From an uncultured Chloroflexia bacterium (GTDB lineage: Bacteria; Chloroflexota; Limnocylindria; QHBO01), in the NCBI GenBank assembly GCA_963814375.1, contig CAWFCQ010000006.1:96001-160000 (forward strand): a DNA stretch of 64,000 nucleotides, given 5' to 3'. The position numbers and the translations under genes were made by a program. Below are positions 32,316 through 43,584 of this stretch, piece by piece (within the stretch, counting starts at the first letter, position 1; the number at the start of each line of letters is the position of its first letter). Below the pieces are notes generated by a model. It worked only from the letters and a program-made list of their open reading frames with translations, had not been told where the DNA came from and ran no database searches.

Positions 32316-33654
32316 CTACTGCGCGATGCGATCGGCGACGAGGGTCTCCCACGCGGCGGCGGTGTCGTCAAGCGCCTGCTGCGCGGTCTTGTCACCGGTC
32401 CAGGCCGCCTGGAAGTTCGGCCCGAAGTCGGTGTAGATCTGACCGCCCTCAGGGATGACCGGACGCGCGGTGGCGTTCTCGATCACGGTCTGGAAGTCGG
32501 CGATGACGCGGCTCTCCTGCACGGAGGGATCGTCGTAGGCGCTCGTTCGCGTCGGGAGCAGGTTCAGCTCCGTGGCGAGCCGCGCCTGGTTCTCCGTGTT
32601 GCTCAGATAGCCGACGAACGCGGCGGCGCATGCCTGCTTGGCCTCGTCCATGCCGGCGTAGAGCACGTAGCTGTGGCCGCCGATCGGCGAGCCCTTGTCG
32701 CCGTCCGGGCCGGCCGGGATGACCGCGATCCCCAGGTTCTCCGGGTCGGTGAACTCCGTTCCCGACAGCACGTCGGCGGTCGACCATGGACCGTTGAAGA
32801 TCATCGCGACCTCGCCTTCCTTGAAGGCGGTCATGGCATTGCCATAGTCGTTCGGGAAGTCGACGTCCTGGGGCGCGATCGTGCCCAGCACGTTGTTGAG
32901 GAGGAACTCGAGGCCGGCGACCGATCCCTCGTTGTTGACGAGGATCTCGGTGACCTGGCCCTCGTCGTTGACGTCGAGCAGGCCGCCACCGAACGCCCAC
33001 AGGTACGGCTGGAGCCAGTACGGCGTCGCCGCGCATGTAGAAGGCGTTCTCGAGGCCGAGCTCGCTCTGAACGGCCTCCCCGGCAGCGACGAACTCGTCC
33101 ATCGTCGTGGGCGGCTCGACGCCCGCCTCCTCGAACATCGAGACGTTGTACAGGAGTGCCAGCGCGTCGGTGACCTGCGGGACGGCGTACGTCTCACCCT
33201 GCCACTGCCCGTAGGCGAGCGGGCCGGCGAGGAAGTCGTCCCAGTCGCTCGTACAGGCCGGTCAATGGCAGCAGGTACTGCTTGTCCGCGTAGTCGGCGA
33301 TCCAGGCGATCTCGGCTCGGAAGACGTCCGGCGCCTCGCCACCGGCGGCCTGCTGGTCATACGCGGCCTGCGCGCCGTCGAACGGGATCTGCGTGACCTC
33401 GACGGTCGTCCCCTCGAAGCCCTCCGCGATCTCGGCGATGACCGGGGACTCCTGGTCGTTCATGGTGTGGGTGAACGTGATCGAGTCGACGCCCTCGCAG
33501 GCGGCGGCGGCATCGGCCGAGGGGGCTGGCTCCGACCTTGGGGCTCTGAACCGTCGGGCTCCTCACTTGCCGACTCGCCACCGCCGCTACAGGCGGCGAG
33601 CAGGAGCATGCCGGTGACGAGCATCGGCAGCAATCGGTGCAGCTTGGCTGGCAT
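32316..33654 (-). CDS. Sugar ABC transporter substrate-binding lipoprotein, with several frameshifts
   Basis: LAAC lipobox; fragments APDVFRAEIAW, AVPQVTDALALLYN, FKEGEVAMIFNGPW, ARPVIPE spread over different frames. Confidence 0.78.
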
Positions 33655-33667
33655 GGATATCGGTACC

Positions 33668-34755
33668 TCATGGACTGGGCGTGAAGGGCAGGTGTCGGCC
33701 CGCCTGCGTGTCACTGAGTTGCGGCTGCGGCGGCACCTCCTCCCCTCGGAACGGAAGCGTCACGATCGCGCGGGGCCGACGACGACCCGCGAACGACGAG
33801 ACGAGTGGGAAGTACCTCGACCACCGGTCGATGGTCGGAACCGGCGCGGATCGCCGAGATGAGTCGGTGTACGGCACGTCGCCCCTTTTCGCGGATCGGC
33901 TGGTGGACGGTCGTCAGCCGACGCGGGTCCACGACGCCGCCGGAATGTCGTCGAACCCGACGATCGAAAGGTCGCCGGGAACGCTGAGGCCGCCGTCAGG
34001 CGCCGCGGAGCCGATGTCGGCGAGCGGCACGTCTCACGGGGGATCGGACGGTCGGCGCGAGCATCGAGGACGGCGCGCCCTCGACTCCGAACCTGTCGAT
34101 GGGCGCGAAGGCGCATCACCGTCCGCCGCCGCGTCGCCCGCGCGGCCGAAGCGCGGCACGTTCAGCGACCTCCGCGCGAGATGCCGGGCTGTTCATCGAT
34201 CGGGATCCGGTGCCGGCGATCGCACGACCGCGACTCGCGGTACCCGATGCATGGAGGTGCATCCGCTCCCGATCGCCGTAGCCGATCCTCGATGCGGATC
34301 ACGTCGACGCCCTCGAAGTCCTCGGTGTCGAGGCCCACGAGCGGAGTGCCGGTCTGGCGGATCTTGGCGAGGTCGGGATGGTCCGGCACCAGGCCCAGCA
34401 GGATGAGTCCGTCGACGAGCGCCGCGTCCACCGCTCGTGCGATCGAGCCCTTGACCGGTGGAACGATGACGACGGCGATCCCCTCCTCGTCGCATACGTC
34501 GCCGATGCGGCGGACCAGCTCGGCGGAACGGACTGGCGAAGATGTCGTGCGTCGACCTCGGCCGCCAGGCCGATCTGGTCGTCGTCGTCGGGGGCCGCCG
34601 CGCGATCGGCGACGGCGATAGCGGTCGTTGGCAGCGAGCAGGATGCGCTCAGCGTCGCCGCGTTGAGGTTCTCCGGCTGGTTGAAGGCGAAGCGTGACCG
34701 CCGTCTTGCTGACGCCTGCGCGCCGGGCCACGTCGTCGATGCGGAACCGAGCCAC
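33668..34755 (-). pseudogene. LacI-family transcriptional regulator, heavily disrupted as assembled
   Basis: IDDVARRAGVSKTAV HTH; VDGLILLG; VPGDLSIVGFDDI; LTTVHQPIREKG...LPTRLVVRGSS scattered over frames. Confidence 0.75.
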
Positions 34756-34811
34756 AGCCGCTCCTGCTCCATGCGCTCCCTCCGACGGCCGGTGGGTTGC
34801 ATGCCGCCCCC

Positions 34812-34835
34812 GAACCGGTTTAGTGAACCGGTTCA
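34812..34835. promoter_or_regulatory. Tandem LacI-type operator sites
   Basis: GAACCGGTTT at 34812-34821 and the perfect palindrome TGAACCGGTTCA at 34824-34835, upstream of lacI. Confidence 0.65.
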
Positions 34836-34889
34836 GCGCGCACGCTAGCGGAGCGCTCGGCCCGATGTCAAGCGTTACGATCCGCACGA

Positions 34890-35312
34890 ATGGACACCGG
34901 TGACGACGCGCGCCCCTCGATGCCGCTTGCGGTGCGGCTCTGGTTCGGCTGGGCGTTCCTGCTGCTCGCGGTCACCGGTCTGCTGCTCGGCCGCATCGTC
35001 CAGTTCGTCGACTTCAGCGAGCGTGCGCCTTTCAGCCTGCTCGGGATCTTCATGATGGTGGAGCTCGCCGCAGTCCTCTTCGGCGTGACCGTCGCGCTCC
35101 AGCGCAAGCGCATCGCACACCGATTCGCGATCGCCATCGCGGCGCTTCCCGTGCCGATCCTGGCCGGGCTGCCGCCCATCCTGCTCGAGATGCCGGCCAC
35201 CGCCGCCAACGGGTGGTACACGCTCATGGTGCCGATCGGGCTGGTGCTCAGCGTGGTGCTGATCGTCGGGCTGCTGCGCGCCTCGAGCCGGGGCTACTTC
35301 TCCGAGCCCTGA
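34890..35312 (+). CDS. Hypothetical membrane protein (4 TM)
   Basis: Four hydrophobic segments; TACGAT -10 just upstream. Confidence 0.7.
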   Translation: MDTGDDARPSMPLAVRLWFGWAFLLLAVTGLLLGRIVQFVDFSERAPFSLLGIFMMVELAAVLFGVTVALQRKRIAHRFAIAIAALPVPILAGLPPILLEMPATAANGWYTLMVPIGLVLSVVLIVGLLRASSRGYFSEP

Positions 35313-35343
35313 CCCGCTGGGTCGCCTACCTATACTGGCCCGC

Positions 35344-35511
35344 GTGCAGCTGCTGGCCTATGCGAGGGAGGGAGCCGATCGAGCCGGGCGGCGGCTGGGA
35401 GTTCTCACGGAAACGGGCATTCACGACCTGACCGGCGTCTTCGGCCCCGCTGATGTCGGCGACGACCATGCCGCAGCCGCCGGCCTCATGGTCACGACGA
35501 GCGCCGGGTGA
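35344..35511 (+). CDS. 55-aa ORF resembling the N-terminus of an FAH-family protein (possible remnant)
   Basis: TATACT 7 nt before GTG; MQLLAYAREG...RRLGVLTETGIHDLT; GTGA overlap with tdh. Confidence 0.45.
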   Translation: MQLLAYAREGADRAGRRLGVLTETGIHDLTGVFGPADVGDDHAAAAGLMVTTSAG

Positions 35512-36560
35512 GCGCGGTCGTCGGCGCCGGGACGATGCGCGCGCTGGCCAAGACCGAGCCGGGGCCGGGCGCGCAGCTCGTCGACCGGCCGACGCCGAGC
35601 CCGGGCCCGGGCGAGGTGCTCCTGCGCGTCGATGCCGCGAGCATCTGCGGGACGGACCTGCACCTGTTCACGTGGGACGACTGGGCCGCCGAGAACCTCG
35701 TGCCGCCCCGGATCCTGGGCCACGAGGTCGCCGGGACGGTGGCGGCCACCGGCGCCGGTGTGACCCGGGTCCAGGAGGGAGATCTCGTCGGGGTCGAGTC
35801 GCACCTCTTCTGCTGGGACTGCGCCCAATGCCAGCGAGGCGAGATGCACCTGTGCCGCGACCTGCGTGTCATCGGCGTCCACACCGATGGCGGATTCGCC
35901 GAGTACGTCGTCATCCCCGAGGCGAACGCCATCGAGTCGAACGGGCTCGACCCTGCCGTCGTGGCGCTCCAGGAGCCGATGGGCAACGCGGTGCACGCCG
36001 CCTTCGTCGAGCCGATCGAGGGTCGCTCCGTGCTCGTCACCGGCTGCGGGCCGATCGGCCTCTGCGCGGTGGGGATCGCGAGGGCGGCGGGGGCGGCAGT
36101 CGTCGTGGCGACCGATACCGAGCCGTATCGCCTCGAGCTCGCGCGAACGATGGGTGCAGACCTTGCCCTCGACGCCTCCGATGCCGCGACCGAGGGGCTG
36201 ATCCGCGAGGCGACCGGTGGCGACGGCATCGACGTCGTTCTCGAGATGAGCGGCGCTCCTCCGGCGCTCGATCAGGCCCTGCGCGTCATCACGCGCGGCG
36301 GCCGCATCTCGCTTCTCGGCATCTTCGGCGAGCCGCCGCGCGTCGACCTCTCCGAGCTCGTCATCATGCAGGGCCTGCGCCTGTACGGCATCTACGGCCG
36401 CCGCATCTACGACACGTGGGAGCGGACGCGATCGCTGCTCCGATCGGGCTCGCTGGACGTGACGCCGATCATCACGCATCGGCTCGACCTGGCCGAGTGG
36501 GAGAAGGCGTTCGAGCTGATCGCCTCGCGCAACGCCGGAAAGGTCGTCCTCATCCCCTGA
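35508..36560 (+). CDS. tdh: L-threonine 3-dehydrogenase
   Basis: ICGTDLH, GHEVAG, ESH..C..C..C, EPMGNAVH, GCGPIG, GIYGRR; adjacent to kbl. Confidence 0.9.
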   Translation: MSAVVGAGTMRALAKTEPGPGAQLVDRPTPSPGPGEVLLRVDAASICGTDLHLFTWDDWAAENLVPPRILGHEVAGTVAATGAGVTRVQEGDLVGVESHLFCWDCAQCQRGEMHLCRDLRVIGVHTDGGFAEYVVIPEANAIESNGLDPAVVALQEPMGNAVHAAFVEPIEGRSVLVTGCGPIGLCAVGIARAAGAAVVVATDTEPYRLELARTMGADLALDASDAATEGLIREATGGDGIDVVLEMSGAPPALDQALRVITRGGRISLLGIFGEPPRVDLSELVIMQGLRLYGIYGRRIYDTWERTRSLLRSGSLDVTPIITHRLDLAEWEKAFELIASRNAGKVVLIP

Positions 36561-36636
36561 GAGGGCGCGTTTGCCCGGTGACCGTGGTACCCACGCGCCA
36601 TTCCATGGAAGCCTCGACCGCGGCTACACTCCGTCC

Positions 36637-37845
36637 ATGACCGAAGCCCCGGCCAGAGCCCGGAATCCGCTTGCCTTCCTCGACGGCGAGATCGAGGAGC
36701 TGAAGGCGAAGGGCCTGTATCGGAGGCTGCGGGTCGTCGAGAGCGAGCAGAAGAGCCGGTGCGTCATCGACGGGCGCGACGTGATCACGCTCTCGAGCAA
36801 CAACTACCTCGGCCTGGCCACCCATCCGAAGCTGCGCCGCGCGGCGCTCGACGCCGTCGAGCGTTTCGGGGCCGGATCCGGTGCGGTGCGCACGATCGCG
36901 GGCACCATGAGCCTGCACGAGGAGCTCGAGGCGCGGCTGGCCGAGTTCAAGCAGACCGAGGCGGTTCTCACCTTCCAATCCGGTTTCACGGCCAACACCG
37001 GCGTCATCCCCATCCTCGCGCCGGAAGGCGCCGTGATCGTCAGCGACGCCCTCAACCACGCCAGCATCATCGACGGCATCCGCCTCACCAAGGCGGAGCG
37101 CAGGATCTTCCCCCACGCCGATATCGACGCGTTGCGCAGCACCCTCCGCGAGATCCGGGCCGCCGACGCCGACCGCATCATCCTCGTCATCACCGATGGC
37201 GTCTTCAGCATGGACGGCGACATCGCCAGGCTGCCGGAGATCGTCGAGGCCGCGGAGGAGGCCGAGGCGATCGTCTTCGTCGACGACGCACACGCCTCCG
37301 GCGTGCTCGGCCGCAACGGGCGCGGATCGGTCGACCACTTCGACCTCCATGGGCGCGTGCAGGTGCAGGTCGGGACCCTCTCGAAGGCCATCGGCGTGCT
37401 CGGTGGATACGTGGCCGGACCGGCATCGCTGCGAACCGTGCTGGAGCACCGGGCCCGCCCCTTCCTCTTCTCGACCTCGCACCCGCCGGCGGTGGCCGCG
37501 GCATGCCTGGCGGCGATCGATGTGCTCGAGACCGAGCCGGAGCTGATCGATCGGCTGTGGGAGAACACGCGCCACTTCAAGGCCGGCCTCGACCGGATCG
37601 GCTTCGACACCGGTGCGTCGGAGACGCCGATCACGCCCGTCATCGTCGGTGCGGGGGCGCTGGCGCATCGGTTCAGCGACCGCCTCTTCGACGAGGGCGT
37701 ATTCGCGATGGGCATCGGCTTCCCGACGGTGGCGGAGGAGAAGAGCCGGGTGCGGACGATCGTGACCGCCGAGCACACCCGCGACGAGCTCGACATCTGC
37801 CTCGACGCGTTCGAACGCGTCGGGCGTGAGCTGGCGTTGGTCTAG
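36637..37845 (+). CDS. kbl: Glycine C-acetyltransferase (Kbl/BioF family)
   Basis: SSNNYLGL, SDALNHASIIDG, DGVFSMDG, DDAH, GTLSKA, RPFLFST. Confidence 0.88.
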   Translation: MTEAPARARNPLAFLDGEIEELKAKGLYRRLRVVESEQKSRCVIDGRDVITLSSNNYLGLATHPKLRRAALDAVERFGAGSGAVRTIAGTMSLHEELEARLAEFKQTEAVLTFQSGFTANTGVIPILAPEGAVIVSDALNHASIIDGIRLTKAERRIFPHADIDALRSTLREIRAADADRIILVITDGVFSMDGDIARLPEIVEAAEEAEAIVFVDDAHASGVLGRNGRGSVDHFDLHGRVQVQVGTLSKAIGVLGGYVAGPASLRTVLEHRARPFLFSTSHPPAVAAACLAAIDVLETEPELIDRLWENTRHFKAGLDRIGFDTGASETPITPVIVGAGALAHRFSDRLFDEGVFAMGIGFPTVAEEKSRVRTIVTAEHTRDELDICLDAFERVGRELALV

Positions 37846-37868
37846 CCCGCCCCATGCGTGAGCGGCCC

Positions 37869-38480
37869 ATGAGAGCGACCGTCCGGCCGGCGCATGTAGC
37901 GCCTCGATCGGCGCTGCCGACGAAGCCGGCGCTCGCTCCCGATGCGACCGTCGATGAGCTCGCCCGCGCCGCGACTGCGGGTGACGTCGAGGCGATCGGG
38001 CGCCTGTACGACGTCCTCGTCGGGCCGATCTATCGGTACGTGGCGGTGCGTATCCGGCGTCGCGAGGACGCAGAGGACGTGACCCATCTCGTGTTCGAGC
38101 GGATCGTGGCCGCCCTGCCGCGCTACCGGCACGATGGGAAGCCCTTCGCCGCCTGGGCCTTCCGCATCGCGCGCAACGCCGTCATCGATCACCAGCGCCG
38201 GTTACGGCCGACCGAGCCGCTGGGCGGCATCGCCGAGCCGGCGGATGGCGAGGCGCTCGAGAGCATCTCGCTGCGGGACGAGGAGATCCGCGAGCTCCGC
38301 GCGGCGATCCGCCGCCTGACGCCCGATCAGCGTGAGGCGCTCGCGCTGCGCTATGCGTCGGGGCTCTCCGCGGAGGAGGCCGCGCGGGTGATGGGACGGC
38401 AGGCCGGAACGATCCGTGGGCTGACGTTCCGCGCCATCGAAGCTCTGCGCCGCCATCTCGCCCCGGGGGTCGACCGATGA
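37869..38480 (+). CDS. ECF sigma-70 factor
   Basis: DAEDVT..VF, FAAWAFRIARNAVIDH, LTPDQREALALRY. Confidence 0.9.
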   Translation: MRATVRPAHVAPRSALPTKPALAPDATVDELARAATAGDVEAIGRLYDVLVGPIYRYVAVRIRRREDAEDVTHLVFERIVAALPRYRHDGKPFAAWAFRIARNAVIDHQRRLRPTEPLGGIAEPADGEALESISLRDEEIRELRAAIRRLTPDQREALALRYASGLSAEEAARVMGRQAGTIRGLTFRAIEALRRHLAPGVDR

Positions 38481-39631
38481 GCATCTTTCGCACCGATCCT
38501 CCCCTGACGCGCTCATCGGACGAGGCTGTGGCACGCTATCTCGAGGCGCTGCGACCGTCGCTCGAGCCGGACCCCCTCTTCAAACGCCGGCTGCGGGGCG
38601 TGGTCGTGAACCAATTCGTCGCAGCTCGCGAGGGCCTCGCCGGCCATCCCGGAACCCCTCGGCGGAGCTCGCAGATGGGCCGCATCGGCCGGGCTTCGCT
38701 GGTGGCCAGCCTGGCGCTTGCCGCGAGCGTGGGAAGCGTGATGGCAGCGTCCCAGGGCGCCATCCCCGGCGACTTGCTCTACCCGTTGAAGCGCCAGGTC
38801 GAGTCGCTCCGCGTGCGGATTCTGCCGCCCGACCTGCAGGACGAGCTGGCCGCGTACGTGCTCACCGAGCGCGTCAGCGAGCTCGGACGGCTGGCCGATG
38901 CCGGCGAGTGGGCGCTGGCCGCGACCTTGACCGAGCCGATCGCCGCGGCGATCGCCGAGCTCGAGTCGCTGGGCGGCGCCGCGGACGTCGATGGAGTCCT
39001 CGGCGCTCAGCTCCAGGCGCTCAACGGGATCGTGAGCCGCATGCCAGCCGCGACGCGGGGCGACGTGGAGGTCGCGCTGAGCCTCGCTGAACCCCCGCCA
39101 GCAGGCGCCGGCCGGGTCGAACAGCGGCGGGGCCGGGGGGAACGACCACGGCGCACCGGGGAACAATCCCGGGGGCGGAACGACCGGCGGCGGCTCGACG
39201 ACCGGCGGCAGCTCGACGAACAACGGCGGCGCCAACAACGACGGGAGCAACCCGACCGGCTCGACGAACAACGGCGGCGCCAACAACGACGGGAGCAACC
39301 CGACCGGCTCGACGAACAACGGCGGCGCCAACAACGACGGAGCCACGACCGGCCAACAACGGCGGAGCCAACAACGGCGGGACAGCGAATGATCCGGCCG
39401 ACAAGAAGGTCAGCGACGGGCGCGGGGCGCGAAGACCGAAGGCGGAGGCGGGTCGGACAGGCCCGAAGCGACGCCGAAGCCGAGCCCCGGGTCGACGGAG
39501 CAGGGGAACGGCAAGCCGTCACCATCACCGACGCCGGGCAGCTGAGCGACTCATCCGCCGTCCGGGCCTCGCCCAGCGCATCCGGCCTGACGGGAACCTC
39601 GCCAGCTTCATTGACGATCAGCCCCGGATAA
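38477..39631 (+). CDS. Putative anti-sigma factor (DUF5667-like) with a Gly/Asn-rich tail; frameshifted near 39100, true end uncertain
   Basis: ATGA overlap with the sigma gene; TM followed by AIPGDLLYPLKR..E; the shifted frame encodes GSTNNGGANNDGSNPT repeats. Confidence 0.7.
   Translation: MSIFRTDPPLTRSSDEAVARYLEALRPSLEPDPLFKRRLRGVVVNQFVAAREGLAGHPGTPRRSSQMGRIGRASLVASLALAASVGSVMAASQGAIPGDLLYPLKRQVESLRVRILPPDLQDELAAYVLTERVSELGRLADAGEWALAATLTEPIAAAIAELESLGGAADVDGVLGAQLQALNGIVSRMPAATRGDVEVALSLAEPPPAGAGRVEQRRGRGERPRRTGEQSRGRNDRRRLDDRRQLDEQRRRQQRREQPDRLDEQRRRQQRREQPDRLDEQRRRQQRRSHDRPTTAEPTTAGQRMIRPTRRSATGAGREDRRRRRVGQARSDAEAEPRVDGAGERQAVTITDAGQLSDSSAVRASPSASGLTGTSPASLTISPG
39205..39345 (+). repeat. 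48-bp coding tandem repeat, about 3 copies
   Basis: GCTCGACGAACAACGGCGGCGCCAACAACGACGGGAGCAACCCGACCG repeated. Confidence 0.9.
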
Positions 39632-39636
39632 CAGAA

Positions 39637-39667
39637 GACGGGGTAGAGGCGAACCTCTACCCCGTCC
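39637..39667. terminator. Hairpin between convergent genes
   Basis: GACGGGGTAGAGG-CGAA-CCTCTACCCCGTC, 13-bp perfect stem. Confidence 0.75.
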
Positions 39668-39732
39668 CTGCCAGGGGGGCTGGCGATCTCGGGTCGCGCC
39701 CGAAGTGCCCCGCTGGCGATTCCCGCTGCGGC

Positions 39733-41203
<1,471 letters not shown>

Positions 41204-41420
41204 GATAAATCCTTCCTGCCCCTCTGGATTCCAGCCTGGGCCCCTGAAAATGTGTGACGCCGCCGGGGATATCCCGACGACACGAGGCGAAGTATAGGAC
41301 CTTTCCCAGTACTTCGGTAGGGGTCAGCCTGGGCGGTTCGGCGAGGTTTGGTGCGGTCGGGAGCACAAAGGTCGCAGAAGTGCGGTGCCTTCGTGCACCG
41401 AGGGTCCTGGTACCGGGGTC

Positions 41421-42074
41421 CTACGAGGTCCGGCCGCGCGCCTCCAGCACCACCACCTGGGTCTCGTCGGGCAGCGAGCTGACGGTCACCTGCGCCTTCG
41501 GTTGGCGGATCGGCTCGACCGCCATCTCGTGCAGGAACTTCTCGGGACCGCCAAGGTCCTTCGAGCCGCCGTCGACGCCGAAGTGCATCGGGATCACGAT
41601 CTTCGGGCCGATCTGGGCCACGACCTCGGCGGCCTCGGTCGGCGTCAGGGTCGTCTCTCCGCCGACGGGAACGAGGAGGACGTCGACCGGCCCGAGCTCG
41701 CTGACCTGCTCGTCGGTGAGGAGATGTCCGAGGTCGCCGAGGTGGCAGATGTGGACGCCGTCGATCTCGAACGAGAAGACCATGTTCTCGCCGCGGGAGC
41801 CTCCCGCCTCGCCGTCGTGGTAGGTGCGAATGCCGGTGACGAGCAGGTCGCTGAACTCGTACTCACCCGGCCGGGTGAGGGTCAGCCCCGAGCTGATCGA
41901 GCGGGTGTAGGTGTGATCGGGATGATCGTGGCTCAGCGTCAGCAGCTCGACGTCGTGCTTGCCGGCGACGAAGCCGGTCGACGGCGGGCAGGGGTCGGTG
42001 ATGACGGTGGCGTCCTTGCCCTTCAGGCGGAAGCAGGCGCGTCCGTACCAGGTGATCTCCATCGGTGCCGGCAT
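41421..42074 (-). CDS. MBL-fold metallo-hydrolase
   Basis: ITWYGRACF, SHDHPDH, HLGDLGH, IPMH. Confidence 0.9.
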   Translation of the reverse strand: MPAPMEITWYGRACFRLKGKDATVITDPCPPSTGFVAGKHDVELLTLSHDHPDHTYTRSISSGLTLTRPGEYEFSDLLVTGIRTYHDGEAGGSRGENMVFSFEIDGVHICHLGDLGHLLTDEQVSELGPVDVLLVPVGGETTLTPTEAAEVVAQIGPKIVIPMHFGVDGGSKDLGGPEKFLHEMAVEPIRQPKAQVTVSSLPDETQVVVLEARGRTS

Positions 42075-42089
42075 GGTAGCCGGATAGCA

Positions 42090-42250
42090 CGAGCCCCGGT
42101 GCCCGCCCAATGACACCGGGGCTCGAAGGAGGGAGGGTGGAGGTAGAAACCCGCGTCGGATTTCCATCTCGCAGGGTCGAGCGTAGGCAGGTGTCTTAAA
42201 CAACCGGCTTGCCGAACCTTAAGAAACCTGAACCTTCGCCGGAGCCCGGG
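42090..42250. ncRNA. Candidate structured RNA, family unassigned
   Basis: End-to-end pairing GGGCTC-GAAGG / CCTTC..GAGCCC, internal stems, AT-rich loops and a competing 12-bp hairpin. Confidence 0.35.
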
Positions 42251-42273
42251 AAACCGCGTGGCAGAATGCGCCG

Positions 42274-43578
42274 ATGTCTGCCCAGCGCCTCGTTGCGCTC
42301 CTCGTTGCCGTCCTGGTCGTCGCCGTGATCGCGATCGTCGTGCTGAACCTCGCCGACGGCTCGGAGGTCGGTGCGCTGCCGTCGGCCTCGGCCAGCGAGG
42401 CGACATCGGCGAGTCCGACGCCCGCGGCCACCGCGACCGGCAGCGTCGAGCCGAGCGCCCCCGATGAGGAGGAGCTGCTCGCCATCCTGCGCGATATCGA
42501 GGACCAGGTCACCGAGATCCGCGGCCTGCCGCGCGCCGAGATCGGCGCCCCGGAGCTGATCTCCCGGGAGGAGCTCGGTGTCGAGCTGGAGCGGATCTTC
42601 GAGGAGGACTATCCGCCGGAGGAGCAGGCACGGGACAACGCCGCCCTGATGGCGCTCGGGCTGCTCGAGCCTGGCCAGGATGTCGCCGAGCTCCAGCTCC
42701 AGCTGCTCGGGGACCAGGTCCTCGGCTTCTACGACGATACCGAGCAGCGCATGGTGGTGGTCACCGATGCCGGCCTCGACGCCAACGCACGGATGACGTA
42801 CGCGCACGAGTACGCCCATGCCCTCCAGGACGCGGCCTTCGACTTCGACACCGTCGATCGGGATGCCGAGGGCGAGGACGACCAGGGCCTGGCGCGAACG
42901 GCGATGATCGAGGGCGACGCCACGGTGACGATGCTGGCCTGGGCTTTCCAGCATCTGAGCCCCGATGAGCTGATCGGTATCTTCGACCAGCCGCAGCCGG
43001 ACACGACCGGGATCCCGACGTGGATGATCGACCAGCTGGCATTCCCCTACAGCGAGGGAGCTCTCTGGGCGGGAGCTCTGGCAGTCGATCCGCTCGACCC
43101 CGACTTCACGGAGCTGGACGCGGCGTTTGGCGCCCCGCCCGATTCCACTGAGCAGATCATTCACATCGACTCGTGGGACCCGCGCGAGGACCCCGACGCA
43201 GTCGACGCCACCGACCTCGCCGCGGCACTCGGCGAAGGGTGGGACGAAGTCGACGAGACCACGCTGGGCGAGGAGTTCATCCGCCTCGTGCTGGAACACC
43301 ACGGCGTCAGCTCCGGTCCGGCCTCCGATGCCGCGCAGGGGTGGGGCGGGGACCGGGTCGCCATCGCCTCCGGACCGGACGACGCATTCGCGCTCGCATG
43401 GCGCCTCTCGTGGGATACGGCAGCCGATGCCGGCGAGTTCGCCGATGCCTACGGCCTGATCGCCGATGCGTTGCCCTTCCCGGCCACCGTCGTCGACCTC
43501 GGCGACGACGAGGTGCTGGTGGCGCATGCCTCGTCCGAGGAGCTCCTCGACCAGGCGGTCGAGGCGGCCGGAGGCTGA
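42274..43578 (+). CDS. Membrane-anchored acidic zinc metallopeptidase-like protein
   Basis: N-terminal TM; GFYD, AHEYAHALQD, EGDA, FPYSEG, STEQIIH, GWGGDR. Confidence 0.75.
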   Translation: MSAQRLVALLVAVLVVAVIAIVVLNLADGSEVGALPSASASEATSASPTPAATATGSVEPSAPDEEELLAILRDIEDQVTEIRGLPRAEIGAPELISREELGVELERIFEEDYPPEEQARDNAALMALGLLEPGQDVAELQLQLLGDQVLGFYDDTEQRMVVVTDAGLDANARMTYAHEYAHALQDAAFDFDTVDRDAEGEDDQGLARTAMIEGDATVTMLAWAFQHLSPDELIGIFDQPQPDTTGIPTWMIDQLAFPYSEGALWAGALAVDPLDPDFTELDAAFGAPPDSTEQIIHIDSWDPREDPDAVDATDLAAALGEGWDEVDETTLGEEFIRLVLEHHGVSSGPASDAAQGWGGDRVAIASGPDDAFALAWRLSWDTAADAGEFADAYGLIADALPFPATVVDLGDDEVLVAHASSEELLDQAVEAAGG

Positions 43579-43584
43579 CGCCGG

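Noticed and set aside
39205-39345. 48-bp direct repeats as a CRISPR array
   Set aside because: Units are contiguous with no unique spacers, are a multiple of 3, are coding, and there are no cas genes.
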